From an uncultured Gammaproteobacteria bacterium (GTDB lineage: Bacteria > Patescibacteriota > Microgenomatia > UBA12405 > CAZGPK01): a DNA stretch of 64,000 nucleotides. The position numbers and the translations under genes are program-made. The notes below the pieces were generated by a model, which saw only the letters and a program-made list of their open reading frames with translations, was not told the DNA's origin and searched no databases. This document shows positions 1-8,922 of the stretch, one piece after another. The stretch covers positions 20,765 to 84,764 of the forward strand of contig CAZGPK010000002.1 in assembly GCA_964527115.1 (NCBI GenBank), read 5' to 3'. Each line of letters starts with the position of its first letter. The first letter of the stretch is position 1.

Positions 1-1794
1 TCTTCCTGTGGGACGGGTGCCCCCCCTAAACTTGAAGGATATGGATGTGAGACTGCAGAAGTCGGTGGGAAGTGTAAGTTTTCTTGTCTGGTATCCGAAA
101 TTAATATTGTTGGTGCAGATTGTAGCGGACAGGGTTTGCTTGGGGTTTGTTGTAAACCCAGGCCCACGGAAGGTTGGCCTGTTTGTAAAGCTTATGTTCC
201 TGGTGCCCATTGTGTTTCCGGGAGTTCTTGCCCCTCAGGGGAGAAACGAGTAAGTGATGTTTTTCAAAAATTCTCGGATTGTGGGGCGGGAAGTAGCTGT
301 TGTTGGAAGACAGAAAAACCGTTAGCGTCAATGACGGCAACGGTGGCTCCTATGACAAGTGTGACGCCAAAACTCACTTTAACACAGGCAATACCAACGG
401 CTTTACCCAAAGGAAGTTGTAGTGATACTCTTGCTTGTGGCTCGTGGCAATTGTGTGAGATGGTTTGTTGTGATGCTGCTTTCTGGAATGATAGAGGGAT
501 ATTAAAGTGTGGAAAGATGCCTACTGTTAGTCCAACCCCAACTGTTTTGGGGTCTAATGCTTGTTACTGTACGAGTTGTATAGATCAGATAATATATCCG
601 GGATCTCAGTGTGTTTGGGCAACTGGGCCAACGGGAGCGATGAAGCAGAAATGTCCTATTTATGGTTCGGCAAGTGCCTGTAGGGCTGGTACCATAGTTG
701 TTCCGACAAAGGCGCCGAGTCCGAGTTGTTATTGTCAGTATGATTGTGCAGAGGGGTCTGGTTGTAATTGGAGTGCAAGTCATCCTGGTTCTGGTTGGAA
801 GAGTTGCGAGGCTAATCTTTGTCGGAGCGTAAGTGCACCGACACCAAAACCAGAAGAACCACTTTGTCACTTGGAGAAGAGCTTGAGTTGTGTAAAATCC
901 AGTTTATGCGAAGTTTCTTTGGGTGGTCCGGCTTTATGCCAAGGAATGCCAGGAACTGTTTGCTGTTCAAAGACCAAGAGTGGAATTCCCAGCTTAACAC
1001 CCAGGCCTATAAAGGTGCCAGAGGTTACACCTGGACTTGGTGGAGGAGTGTGTACAACAAAGGACGTGACTGGGGCAAATAACCCGGCTTGTTGTTGTGG
1101 AAAGAGTGATTGTCCAGAGAGTCAGGAATGTAATATTCCAAATGGTTACTGTCAATCGGGGTCAAGTTGTAATCCCAACCCAGATGGAAAGATAAAGCAG
1201 AAATGTGCATATGACGCCAGTCAAGGCAAGAATATCTGTGCTTGGCAGCCAGTAAAGGTGGGTGAGTCAGATAAATCTGAGTGTACGACTAATGCTCAAT
1301 GTGCGGCAATAAAGGATCCAATCCCTACCTTGCCTGGAGGGTGGGAAGAGCCAAGTGATGATGGTGGAACAGATGGGGGTGGAGGCGGTGATACTGGTGG
1401 AGGTGGTGGTGGGAGCAGTGAGCCTGAACCAACAGTGCCACCTGGAATTAAGTGCTTGGAGTGTCCCTTGGTTTTTGCTTGTTACGTACCGGGAGAAGGC
1501 GCAGGTGTAGCTGGTCGCTGGTTTGCACCGGGTTATCAGTGGGCGGGATGGGTGAAGGTGGAAGCGGAGAGTTGTTCAGGGATGACAAAGCCAGTGTTTA
1601 AAGGCAAGGGAAAGGGAGATGCCAATTGTAGTGGATCGATTAACATGGCCGACTTCTCCATTTGGAGGAGTGAGTTCGTTGATCTTCAGGGGAATACTCT
1701 CAATGGATTTTGGGAGGCTAACTTCAATTGTCCAACTGATTGGAGGGTTAACCTGATTGATTTTTCTATCTGGAGGTCAAATTTTGAAAATTAG
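1..1794 (+). CDS. Cys-rich secreted repeat protein with C-terminal dockerin-like repeats (5'-partial; frame is open from base 1)
   Basis: No stop codon in frame 1 from position 1, so the listed Met at 136 is internal. Recurrent GxCC/CC motifs (GLLGVCCKP, SSCCWKTEKP, GTVCCSKTKSG, NPACCCGKSDC) and Gly/Thr/Pro linkers. The C-terminus has two dockerin-like segments (GDANCSGSINMADFSIWRSEF and NCPTDWRVNLIDFSIWRSNF). Confidence 0.55.
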   Translation, partial: SSCGTGAPPKLEGYGCETAEVGGKCKFSCLVSEINIVGADCSGQGLLGVCCKPRPTEGWPVCKAYVPGAHCVSGSSCPSGEKRVSDVFQKFSDCGAGSSCCWKTEKPLASMTATVAPMTSVTPKLTLTQAIPTALPKGSCSDTLACGSWQLCEMVCCDAAFWNDRGILKCGKMPTVSPTPTVLGSNACYCTSCIDQIIYPGSQCVWATGPTGAMKQKCPIYGSASACRAGTIVVPTKAPSPSCYCQYDCAEGSGCNWSASHPGSGWKSCEANLCRSVSAPTPKPEEPLCHLEKSLSCVKSSLCEVSLGGPALCQGMPGTVCCSKTKSGIPSLTPRPIKVPEVTPGLGGGVCTTKDVTGANNPACCCGKSDCPESQECNIPNGYCQSGSSCNPNPDGKIKQKCAYDASQGKNICAWQPVKVGESDKSECTTNAQCAAIKDPIPTLPGGWEEPSDDGGTDGGGGGDTGGGGGGSSEPEPTVPPGIKCLECPLVFACYVPGEGAGVAGRWFAPGYQWAGWVKVEAESCSGMTKPVFKGKGKGDANCSGSINMADFSIWRSEFVDLQGNTLNGFWEANFNCPTDWRVNLIDFSIWRSNFEN

Positions 1795-1860
1795 GATGTT
1801 TTGGAGGCTGTTTAAAATTTGAAACTTGCAGAGTTTCTTTTATTAGTTTAAATTTTAGTA

Positions 1861-3069
1861 ATGAGTGAAGTTGAAATGAATACAAACAAAGAAAAAGGAA
1901 GTAAATTTGGATTATTGATGGTTTTGTTTTTGGGATTGGTTTTGGCTGGAGTTTTGGTGTTGGTCGGTAGAAATCAAGAGACAAGGAGAGGAGCTTACTT
2001 TGCCGGGGCGACGATGAATGTTCTTCCTCAGACTAAAGAGGTAATGATGGGAAAGATAGCGGCAATGACGGTGGGGGCAACAATTAAGGAAGGAGCAAAG
2101 ATTGATGGGGCGGAGGTAGTAGTGAATTATGACTCTTGTATTTTGAGACTGATACCCGAAGGGATAGTTAAGAATTCGGAGGCTTTTACACAGGATTTTT
2201 TTATTCGAAAGGTGACGGCGGGGGTGGGAGATAGCTGTGAGGGAACAATTCATTTTGCCATTGGAGCAGGAACAGAGGGAGAGCTTTATCCATTGGATGG
2301 GAAGACTTACGTAAGCTTGGCAACACTTAACTTTGATACGATGATGACGGGTGAGGCGACGGTTAGCGTTGACAAGGTTCGGACAATGTTGACTGGTTTC
2401 ACTGAGGCAGATCCCTACAATAGGGACCGGGAGATGGAGATAGGAACGGTGGCGGAGGCAGTAGTGAAGGTTGGCCCACCTGGAGGTGATGTAGTGGATC
2501 CCAGCGGTGATTTTATGGTGAAAATGCGTTTTAGAGGAGTAAATGGGGAAACGGAATATGGTGAAATGGTGGCGGCAACGGCGATATTTTTGAATTCAGC
2601 CGGGGAGGCGGTGGGAGAGTTTAAGACAGAGGCATTGCGAACGACGGAGAAAAAGGGTGACAAGATTGCCGGAGTGGAGACGCAATCCTATGTTTACGAT
2701 GCTGCTTTTGAGACGACAGAATTAGAAGAAGGGGAGAAATATACTGTCTTTTTGTTGGGACCCAAGCATTTGGCCCGAAAGTTTTGCAAAGATGGGCAGA
2801 CTGAGCGTTGTACTGATGAGCCCGGAGAGATTGTTTTGAGAGAGGCAGTGTATGACTTTAGTGGTTTGCCGCTTGAGTCGGGAGATTTGCCGGAGCAGGA
2901 TGGTCGGGTTAATGTGTCGGATTTTTCCAAGCTTAAAGAGAAGCTCAATATGAATCCCAGTGCTGAAGACCAAGCAATAGGAGATTTGAATTTTGACGGT
3001 GCAATAAATGGAGCCGATTTAGCTTTGCTTTTGGGGACTTTATCTGAAAAATACGGGGAGTTGCCTTAA
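1861..3069 (+). CDS. membrane-anchored protein with a cohesin-like domain and a C-terminal dockerin (scaffoldin/adaptor-like)
   Basis: N-terminal TM helix (LLMVLFLGLVLAGVLVLV). Cohesin-like beta-rich segment (KIDGAEVVVNYDSCILRLIPEG). The C-terminus has a canonical dockerin Ca-binding repeat (IGDLNFDGAINGADLALLLGTL). Confidence 0.55.
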   Translation: MSEVEMNTNKEKGSKFGLLMVLFLGLVLAGVLVLVGRNQETRRGAYFAGATMNVLPQTKEVMMGKIAAMTVGATIKEGAKIDGAEVVVNYDSCILRLIPEGIVKNSEAFTQDFFIRKVTAGVGDSCEGTIHFAIGAGTEGELYPLDGKTYVSLATLNFDTMMTGEATVSVDKVRTMLTGFTEADPYNRDREMEIGTVAEAVVKVGPPGGDVVDPSGDFMVKMRFRGVNGETEYGEMVAATAIFLNSAGEAVGEFKTEALRTTEKKGDKIAGVETQSYVYDAAFETTELEEGEKYTVFLLGPKHLARKFCKDGQTERCTDEPGEIVLREAVYDFSGLPLESGDLPEQDGRVNVSDFSKLKEKLNMNPSAEDQAIGDLNFDGAINGADLALLLGTLSEKYGELP

Positions 3070-3127
3070 GTTAAAATTTATCTGCCCTAAAAATAAATAG
3101 CGAAAGGCAGGAAAAGGACTTTAAAAA

Positions 3128-3763
3128 ATGAAAAAAAGTAAAGCATGGTCTAATTTGAAATGGCTGCTGCCGGTGGTGGCTTTAGTAGTTATTTTCGAGA
3201 GTGTGGTTTTGGTGGGTCGTTTGAACAAGGGAGACAGTCGCTTAGGAGGAGATGTTTTGGTTCGATCTCCCGAAGATAGTTTTTCTCAGGCTCCGGCCGA
3301 TGAGGTAGAGGGAGTATTTTCCTTTGTAACTGATAAAGAGGCTTACGAGGCAGGAGAGACGGGGCGGGCGACTTTGATTTTTGAACCGGTGTTGGATTTA
3401 GAGATAGACGGAGCAGAGCTGGTAGTTTCTTATGATCCGGCTTTGGTAAAGATTGCGGACGCAAACAAGGAGGAAGCCGGGATTCAGATTGTTTCTTTAG
3501 CTCAAATTTCTTCGGTAGTGGTGAATAAAGTTTCAGAGAAGGAAGGAAAGATCGTTTTGGCACTGGCAGAGACGGGGATGGAAAATGGTTTGATAATGGC
3601 GGCAGGGAGTCAAGTGGAAATGATGGCGATAGATTTTGAGGTTTTGGAGACAGGCCCGGTGGGATTTGGTTTAGTAGGCGCAGAGACAAACGATGAGGGG
3701 ACAATGATGGCAAAGACTGGAACTAGTGGTCAAGTTGTTAATTATGAGATTTTAGGAGAATAG
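3128..3763 (+). CDS. secreted cohesin-like domain protein
   Basis: Signal/TM segment (LLPVVALVVIF), then a pattern resembling type I cohesin (DLEIDGAELVVSYDPALVKIADAN...GKIVLALAE...MMAIDFEVLETG). Confidence 0.45.
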   Translation: MKKSKAWSNLKWLLPVVALVVIFESVVLVGRLNKGDSRLGGDVLVRSPEDSFSQAPADEVEGVFSFVTDKEAYEAGETGRATLIFEPVLDLEIDGAELVVSYDPALVKIADANKEEAGIQIVSLAQISSVVVNKVSEKEGKIVLALAETGMENGLIMAAGSQVEMMAIDFEVLETGPVGFGLVGAETNDEGTMMAKTGTSGQVVNYEILGE

Positions 3764-3767
3764 GGAA

Positions 3768-4430
3768 GTGAAAAACTTTAAGGATATTTTTTTGTTTTTG
3801 CTGGCTTTTGGGTTTTTGGGAGCAGTGACAGCGGGAGCGGTTGAGGCGGCTAGTTTGTCTCTTAGTCCGTCTTCCGGGACACATGAGACGGGAGATACTT
3901 TTACAGTTGATTTAAAGGTGGATACGGGCGGAGAGGGGGCAATGACTGTGGATTCGGTGATTAAGTTTGACTCTACCAGGCTTGAGGTAAGCAGTGTCAG
4001 TGCGGGAAGTTTTATGACTGACATGCAAAAGAGTTTGGATAATAGTACGGGAAGTTTGGTTATTTATAATTTTTCAAGCCAACCTTTGACATCTGCCGTT
4101 GGTGGTGGGGTTTTGGCAAGCATTGTTTTTAAAGCTAAGGCGGCGGGAACGGCTTCAGTTACGTTTGTTTGCGAAGCGGGAGCAGCAACAGATTCTTCGG
4201 TGTGGAATGTGGCGGCTGAGGATATTTTGACTTGTGGTTCGATTGGGTCAGGTAGCTACACAATTTCAGGGGCGGCGGTGGTAGATGATGAGGCAGAGCC
4301 AACAACTGTTGTGGCAGCAACAGCAACTCCAAGTGAGCTTCCGGAAACAGGCAATGAGTGGGTGGTTGTGGGAGCGTTGTTTTTGGGAATTATGCTTTTT
4401 ATTGGAGGAGCATTTTTTAGTTTAATTTAA
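3768..4430 (+). CDS. cohesin-domain surface protein with C-terminal LPXTG (LPETG) sortase sorting signal
   Basis: Signal peptide. The cohesin pattern (TFTVDLKVDTGGEGAMTVDSVIKFDSTRLEVSSVSAGSF...GGGVLASIVFKAKAAGTASVTF) aligns to clostridial type I cohesin. The C-terminus is LPETG followed by a hydrophobic stretch. Confidence 0.6.
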   Translation: MKNFKDIFLFLLAFGFLGAVTAGAVEAASLSLSPSSGTHETGDTFTVDLKVDTGGEGAMTVDSVIKFDSTRLEVSSVSAGSFMTDMQKSLDNSTGSLVIYNFSSQPLTSAVGGGVLASIVFKAKAAGTASVTFVCEAGAATDSSVWNVAAEDILTCGSIGSGSYTISGAAVVDDEAEPTTVVAATATPSELPETGNEWVVVGALFLGIMLFIGGAFFSLI

Positions 4431-4448
4431 TGGTTTTTAGGGGATTTA

Positions 4449-5210
4449 TTGGTGAAAGAAAAAATTAGCGTTGTGAAATTGGTGGTGATTTTTGTAATTT
4501 TGGGTTTGCTTGGTGTTTTGTCGGCATTGGGGATGGGGGCAGCAAAAACCTATTTGGCCGGGGCGGCGGCTGGTTGTGAGCCAACAGGCGGAAGTATGAA
4601 GGTAGCGGCGGAGGATAAGTCAGCTTTGTTGTCGTGGAAAACAGATAAAGAGTGTTTATCGGTGGTGGAATACGGGACAAACTCAACGGCGACTTTATTG
4701 CGGGCAGCAGAGACCCAGGCTAGTAAAAACCACCAGATAACTCTCTCTCCCTTGAAATCGGATATTGTTTATTATTTTAGAGTGAGGGTGGGAGGCGATG
4801 AGTATCTTAATGAGACAATCCCCTGGTCTTTTAAGACTAAGGCGGCAGCAGCTGTAGCCGGAGAGGAAGCGGGGACTCAAGGGGTTTTAGCTCCAACAAG
4901 TATGCCGGTAAGCAGTGGGGGGATTGATAGCTGTGTAAGGGGGGACTTTGTGAAGGCATTTGGGAGTGGCGATATCGCTTATGATTTGGACAAAGATGGC
5001 AAGGTAGACCAAAAGGACTGGGTGAAGTGCTTGCAAGATTATGGAGCCAGTAGCTCTTCAAGTGTTAGCCCAACTGCGGCGGCTGTTTCAGCTGGAGGAG
5101 ATTTATGTGAGAAGATAAAAGCGGCAGTGGGAACCGTAAACGCTGAGTATGACCTTAATAAGGATGGAGTGGTTAATACGGCCGACTGGGTGAAGTGTAA
5201 GCAAGGTTAG
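4449..5210 (+). CDS. secreted FN3-like domain protein with two C-terminal dockerin repeats
   Basis: N-terminal TM/signal. FN3-like block (KVAAEDKSALLSWKTDKECLSVVEYGTNSTA...YYFRVRV). Two EF-hand-like dockerin loops (DLDKDGKVDQKDWVKCLQDYG and DLNKDGVVNTADWVKCKQG). Confidence 0.55.
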   Translation: MVKEKISVVKLVVIFVILGLLGVLSALGMGAAKTYLAGAAAGCEPTGGSMKVAAEDKSALLSWKTDKECLSVVEYGTNSTATLLRAAETQASKNHQITLSPLKSDIVYYFRVRVGGDEYLNETIPWSFKTKAAAAVAGEEAGTQGVLAPTSMPVSSGGIDSCVRGDFVKAFGSGDIAYDLDKDGKVDQKDWVKCLQDYGASSSSSVSPTAAAVSAGGDLCEKIKAAVGTVNAEYDLNKDGVVNTADWVKCKQG

Positions 5211-5240
5211 GGAGAAGGTTTTCTGCTGGTTGTCAGAGGG

Positions 5241-5477
5241 GTGGCTTTTGGGGTAAAATTGGCAGATATGGCGATTGTAGTGAAAAAGAAAAAAGGAGAG
5301 AGTAAGGACGATTTAATCGGTCGTTTTCGCCGCTTTACCTTGCAAGAGGAGATAAAAGAAGAGATACAGAAGAGAATGGCCTACATTAATCCTTCACAGA
5401 AGAGAAGGGAAAAGAAGAAGGCAATGGCGAGGCGTTTGTACGCTCAAAAAAAGCAACAAAAGGAAAGCCAGCGTTAA
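5241..5477 (+). CDS. rpsU: 30S ribosomal protein S21
   Basis: 78 aa, basic, with S21-like core (IGRFRRFTLQEEIKEEIQKRMAYINPSQKRREKKKA). Confidence 0.8.
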   Translation: MAFGVKLADMAIVVKKKKGESKDDLIGRFRRFTLQEEIKEEIQKRMAYINPSQKRREKKKAMARRLYAQKKQQKESQR

Positions 5478-5494
5478 TTTTTTGCCAAAGAGCA

Positions 5495-5944
5495 ATGAAT
5501 CAAAAAACAAGAATAGCGGAAATGGCTAAAGAGGCGTTGCGGGCAGGTGAGGCTAAAAAAGTGGAAGTTTTGCGTTATCTTTTGTCGCTTTTACAAAAAA
5601 GAGAGTTGGAGCTTCCGCCCGGAGAAATGGAAGAAAAGGAAGTTTTGCAGGTTTTGCAGAAGGAGGCTAAGAGGAAAGAGGAGGCAAAGGGAATGTTTGC
5701 CAAGGCAGGTAGAGATGATTTGGTTAAAGAGCTTGAGGAAGAGTTGGTTATTTTAGGTCAGTTTTTACCTGAGTCTTTAGGAGAAGCAGAGGTAGAAAAA
5801 ATAGTACGGGAAGAAAGAGCTAAGGGGGGGGAGATGCAATTTGGTGAGCTGATGAGAGCAGCGATGGGGCGTTTGCAAGGTAGAGCAGATGGTCGGGTTG
5901 TTTCTGGTTTGGTAAAAAAAGTTTTAGATGAACAAGAAGGTTAG
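5495..5944 (+). CDS. yqeY: GatB/YqeY domain protein
   Basis: 149 aa. Matches YqeY along its length (LRYLLSLLQK...EVLQVLQKEAKRKEEA...AGRDDLVKELEEELVILGQFLPE...GRADGRVVSGLVKKVL). Lies next to rpsU as in Firmicutes. Confidence 0.75.
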   Translation: MNQKTRIAEMAKEALRAGEAKKVEVLRYLLSLLQKRELELPPGEMEEKEVLQVLQKEAKRKEEAKGMFAKAGRDDLVKELEEELVILGQFLPESLGEAEVEKIVREERAKGGEMQFGELMRAAMGRLQGRADGRVVSGLVKKVLDEQEG

Positions 5945-6290
5945 TTTAAGAGTTCTAGTAAAGAAGGATCCTCGTTGGCCAATTAAACCTGCTTTGGTGC
6001 GAAGTCTGGCGCTGAAAGTGTTAAAGGAAAAAGGGATAAGTAAAGGAGAGCTGAGTGTTTTTTTGGTAGGCTCTAGGAAGGCAAAAGAGTTAAATCAGGC
6101 TCATCGAAAACAGAATTATGTTCCCCAGGTTTTGGCTTTTCCGGTTTCCAAAGAAATGCCTGGTAATTTTTTGGGCGATGTGGTTATTTGCCTGCCACTT
6201 TTGCGGCAGGAGGCAGTTTGGCAAAATCGTCTTTTGGAGGGAGTGTTGGAAGATTGGTTGCGGCACGGGGTGGGAAATTTGCTGTCTTAA
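5928..6290 (+). CDS. YbeY-like rRNA maturation endoribonuclease (divergent)
   Basis: 120 aa. YbeY-like layout (SVFLVGSRKAKELNQAHRKQNYVPQVLAFP...LGDVVICLPLL...RHGVGNLL), but the canonical HGxLHLxGYDH triad is degenerate. Confidence 0.45.
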   Translation: MNKKVSLRVLVKKDPRWPIKPALVRSLALKVLKEKGISKGELSVFLVGSRKAKELNQAHRKQNYVPQVLAFPVSKEMPGNFLGDVVICLPLLRQEAVWQNRLLEGVLEDWLRHGVGNLLS

Positions 6291-6407
6291 AAAATTGTTC
6301 AATACGCTACTTTTTGATAGTTTTTTTCGGTGGGGACACTAGGGTTGGTGTATGTATGATAAATTAGATTCTTGATTTTTTAGGATAATAATTGCTTAAA
6401 TGATTCT

Positions 6408-7961
6408 GTGACAGTTAAGAGAAGACAGGTGGAGCCTTGGCAGAGCAAGTATCGGCCGCGAAAAGTGGCAGAGCTTGATTTGCCGGAGGTACGATCGAGG
6501 TTAGCGTCGTTTTTGGCGCAGGATAATTTACCTCAAGCACTTTTGTTTTTTGGGCCTCGGGGATCTGGAAAGACTTCAGCGGCCAGAATTGTAGCCCGTT
6601 CTTTAAATTGCCTGAAGAGAGAGGGGATTGAGCCTTGTGGAGACTGTAGTGTTTGCCGGGGAATTGAAAAGGGGAGCTGTTTGGATGTGGTGGAAATTGA
6701 CGCCGCCTCTAATCGAGGAATAGACGACATTAGACGGATAAAAGAGAAGGCGTCTTTGGCGCCAATGGGGGTGGTCTGGAAGGTTTATGTAATTGATGAG
6801 GTTCACATGTTAACCAAGGAGGCGTTTAATGCTCTTTTGAAGCTTTTAGAGGAGCCGCCAAAGAAGGTTATCTTTATTCTTTGTACGACAGAGAGCCAGA
6901 AGATTCCCGAGACTGTTTTGTCCCGTTTATACCAAATTCCTTTTCGTAAGGCTAAAAAAGAAGAGGTGCTTGCCTCTTTGGAAAAAGTGGTGCAAGAGGA
7001 GGGATTGGCGGTAGAGAGGGAGGTTTTAGAGGAGATAGCGGTAGGAGTAGACGGAAGCTTTCGGGATGCTAAAAAACTTTTGACTCAGGTAGCAATGGAA
7101 GGGAGACAGAAGGGAAAAATTAATCGAGAAGATTTGGAGCAGGTGATGGAGGGACAGGGGTTGGGGCAAGAGAGAGAGTTTTGGGAGTTGTTTAAGAGTG
7201 ATGAGAGAGTAAAAATTCTAGATTTTTTGACAAAGCTTAATTCCAATGGGGTGGATATGGCCCATTTTCGAGAAAAGTTATTACAACAAGCCCAGGAGTT
7301 TTTACTGGAGGCAGGAGAGAAGCAGAGTTTGTTTCTTTGGGTGAAGTGTTTGTTGCAGGCGGCTGAGTGGGAAAGACAGACGCTGTTGGCTGATTTGCCC
7401 TTGCAGTTGGCTTTGCTTGATTTCTGGGCAGGTGGAGAGAAAAAAGTCAAAGAGGGAAAAGTTGAGGAAAAAGAAAAGAGGAAGGTAGAAGAAATGTTTG
7501 TAAAAAGGGAAACAGAAGGGAAGAGAGAGGGGGGTGGACGTCGCTTGGGGGTAAAAACAGAAGTGGAAAAGATTCAAAGTAAGGAGAAGAGAAGCAAGGA
7601 GGGAGGGGAAATTCAGTGGGGAGAAGAAGAGTGGAAGAGGCTTTTGGTAGCGGTAAAACCAATGAATCATTCAGTCGAGGCGTTTTTGCGCTCGTCGAGA
7701 CCCCTGTCTTTAAGTGGGAATTGTTTGACAGTTGAGGTCTTTTATCCTTTTCATAAAGAACGCTTGGAAGACAGAAGAAACAGGGAGATAGTAGAAAATG
7801 GATTGCGGGAAGTTTGCGGAAAGGAGATGAAGTTGATTTTTGTTTTGGGTAAACGGCAGGAAGGTGGGGGAAAAATGCTTCATTTATCTGGGGACCAAGC
7901 GCGAATGGCCAGGACTGAGGAGGGAGGAGATCTCTATAGTTTGGCCCGCAGTCTTTTCTGA
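6408..7961 (+). CDS. dnaX: DNA polymerase III subunit tau/gamma
   Basis: GTG start. KYRP motif, Walker A GPRGSGKTS, Zn module CGDCSVCRGIEKG, DEVHML and ALLKLLEEPP. The C-terminal part is rich in Lys/Glu. Confidence 0.85.
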   Translation: MTVKRRQVEPWQSKYRPRKVAELDLPEVRSRLASFLAQDNLPQALLFFGPRGSGKTSAARIVARSLNCLKREGIEPCGDCSVCRGIEKGSCLDVVEIDAASNRGIDDIRRIKEKASLAPMGVVWKVYVIDEVHMLTKEAFNALLKLLEEPPKKVIFILCTTESQKIPETVLSRLYQIPFRKAKKEEVLASLEKVVQEEGLAVEREVLEEIAVGVDGSFRDAKKLLTQVAMEGRQKGKINREDLEQVMEGQGLGQEREFWELFKSDERVKILDFLTKLNSNGVDMAHFREKLLQQAQEFLLEAGEKQSLFLWVKCLLQAAEWERQTLLADLPLQLALLDFWAGGEKKVKEGKVEEKEKRKVEEMFVKRETEGKREGGGRRLGVKTEVEKIQSKEKRSKEGGEIQWGEEEWKRLLVAVKPMNHSVEAFLRSSRPLSLSGNCLTVEVFYPFHKERLEDRRNREIVENGLREVCGKEMKLIFVLGKRQEGGGKMLHLSGDQARMARTEEGGDLYSLARSLF

Positions 7962-8009
7962 TATAATGGTTGGAGTTAAGGGTTTTTTTTATAATTTAAA
8001 TTTTAAAAA

Positions 8010-8288
8010 ATGAACGTATTTGGAAAAGTTGGCGATCAGGCAAAATTGGTTAAGCAAGCGATGGCGCTTAAAAAAGCATTGGAGGCGGAAATTATTAGCA
8101 TTGAGGAATCAGGGGTAAAGATTGTGATAAGTGGTGACCAGAAGATAAAAGAGCTGGTAGTTAACGGAATGACAAATGCGGTGTTAGTGGAGACTTTGAA
8201 CAAGGCTTTAAAAAAGTCACAGGAAGCGGCAGCTCGGAAAATGCAAGAAATGGCCGGTGGTATGGGGGGTTTCCTGGGAAGGCAGTAA
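8010..8288 (+). CDS. ybaB: nucleoid-associated protein YbaB/EbfC
   Basis: 92 aa with YbaB pattern (MALKKALEAEIISIEESGVKIVISGDQKIKELVVNG) and a Gly-Met tail. Sits between dnaX and recR, the conserved arrangement. Confidence 0.85.
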   Translation: MNVFGKVGDQAKLVKQAMALKKALEAEIISIEESGVKIVISGDQKIKELVVNGMTNAVLVETLNKALKKSQEAAARKMQEMAGGMGGFLGRQ

Positions 8289-8316
8289 TTTCTTTTAAGG
8301 ATAAGAGGAAAAAACG

Positions 8317-8919
8317 ATGGATTTACCTGATCCCTTGCAGAAAATGGTGGACTCTCTGACAAGATTGCCTTCTTTGGGGCCAAGGACGGCAGAAAGATTA
8401 GCACTTTTTTTGGTGAACGATTTATCGGGAGTAAGGCAGAGCCTGGGGAAAGCCTTAGTTGGGTTGGATAAGGTAAAAACTTGTGAGGAGTGTTTTAACC
8501 TAACAACCGATAATATTTGTGTTGTTTGTAAGGATCAGGAAAGAGAAGGGAGGTCGTTGTGTGTGGTAGAGAAGGTGACGGACCTTTTGGCAATAGAGAA
8601 GACAGGGCAGTATAAGGGGAGATACTTTGTTTTAGGGGGGGTAATTGATCCCTTGAACGGATTGGGGCCGGAAGAGCTAAGAGTTCCTAGGCTTTTGGAG
8701 AAAATAAAGAAGGATAAAGTGAGAGAGGTTTTGTTGGCGGTAAATCCAACAATTGAAGGGGAGGCAACAGTGATTTATTTAAAAAAAGAGGTGGAAAAAG
8801 TTTTGGAGGGGAAAGTGAAAATGAGTCGGTTAGGGAGGGGAATACCGACAGGGGGAGATTTGGCTTTTGCTGATATGAGTACTTTGCTTCGGTCTTTGGA
8901 AAATAGGGAGGAAATTTAG
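8317..8919 (+). CDS. recR: recombination protein RecR
   Basis: HhH N-terminus (LTRLPSLGPRTAERLA), C4 zinc finger (CEECFNLT...CVVCKD), Toprim. Confidence 0.9.
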   Translation: MDLPDPLQKMVDSLTRLPSLGPRTAERLALFLVNDLSGVRQSLGKALVGLDKVKTCEECFNLTTDNICVVCKDQEREGRSLCVVEKVTDLLAIEKTGQYKGRYFVLGGVIDPLNGLGPEELRVPRLLEKIKKDKVREVLLAVNPTIEGEATVIYLKKEVEKVLEGKVKMSRLGRGIPTGGDLAFADMSTLLRSLENREEI

Positions 8920-8922
8920 ACA

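Noticed and set aside
7085-7670. Three overlapping minus-strand ORFs (about 120 aa) inside dnaX
   Set aside because: Antisense to the Lys/Glu-rich part of dnaX, which generates long Phe/Leu/Ser-rich shadow frames; no independent support.
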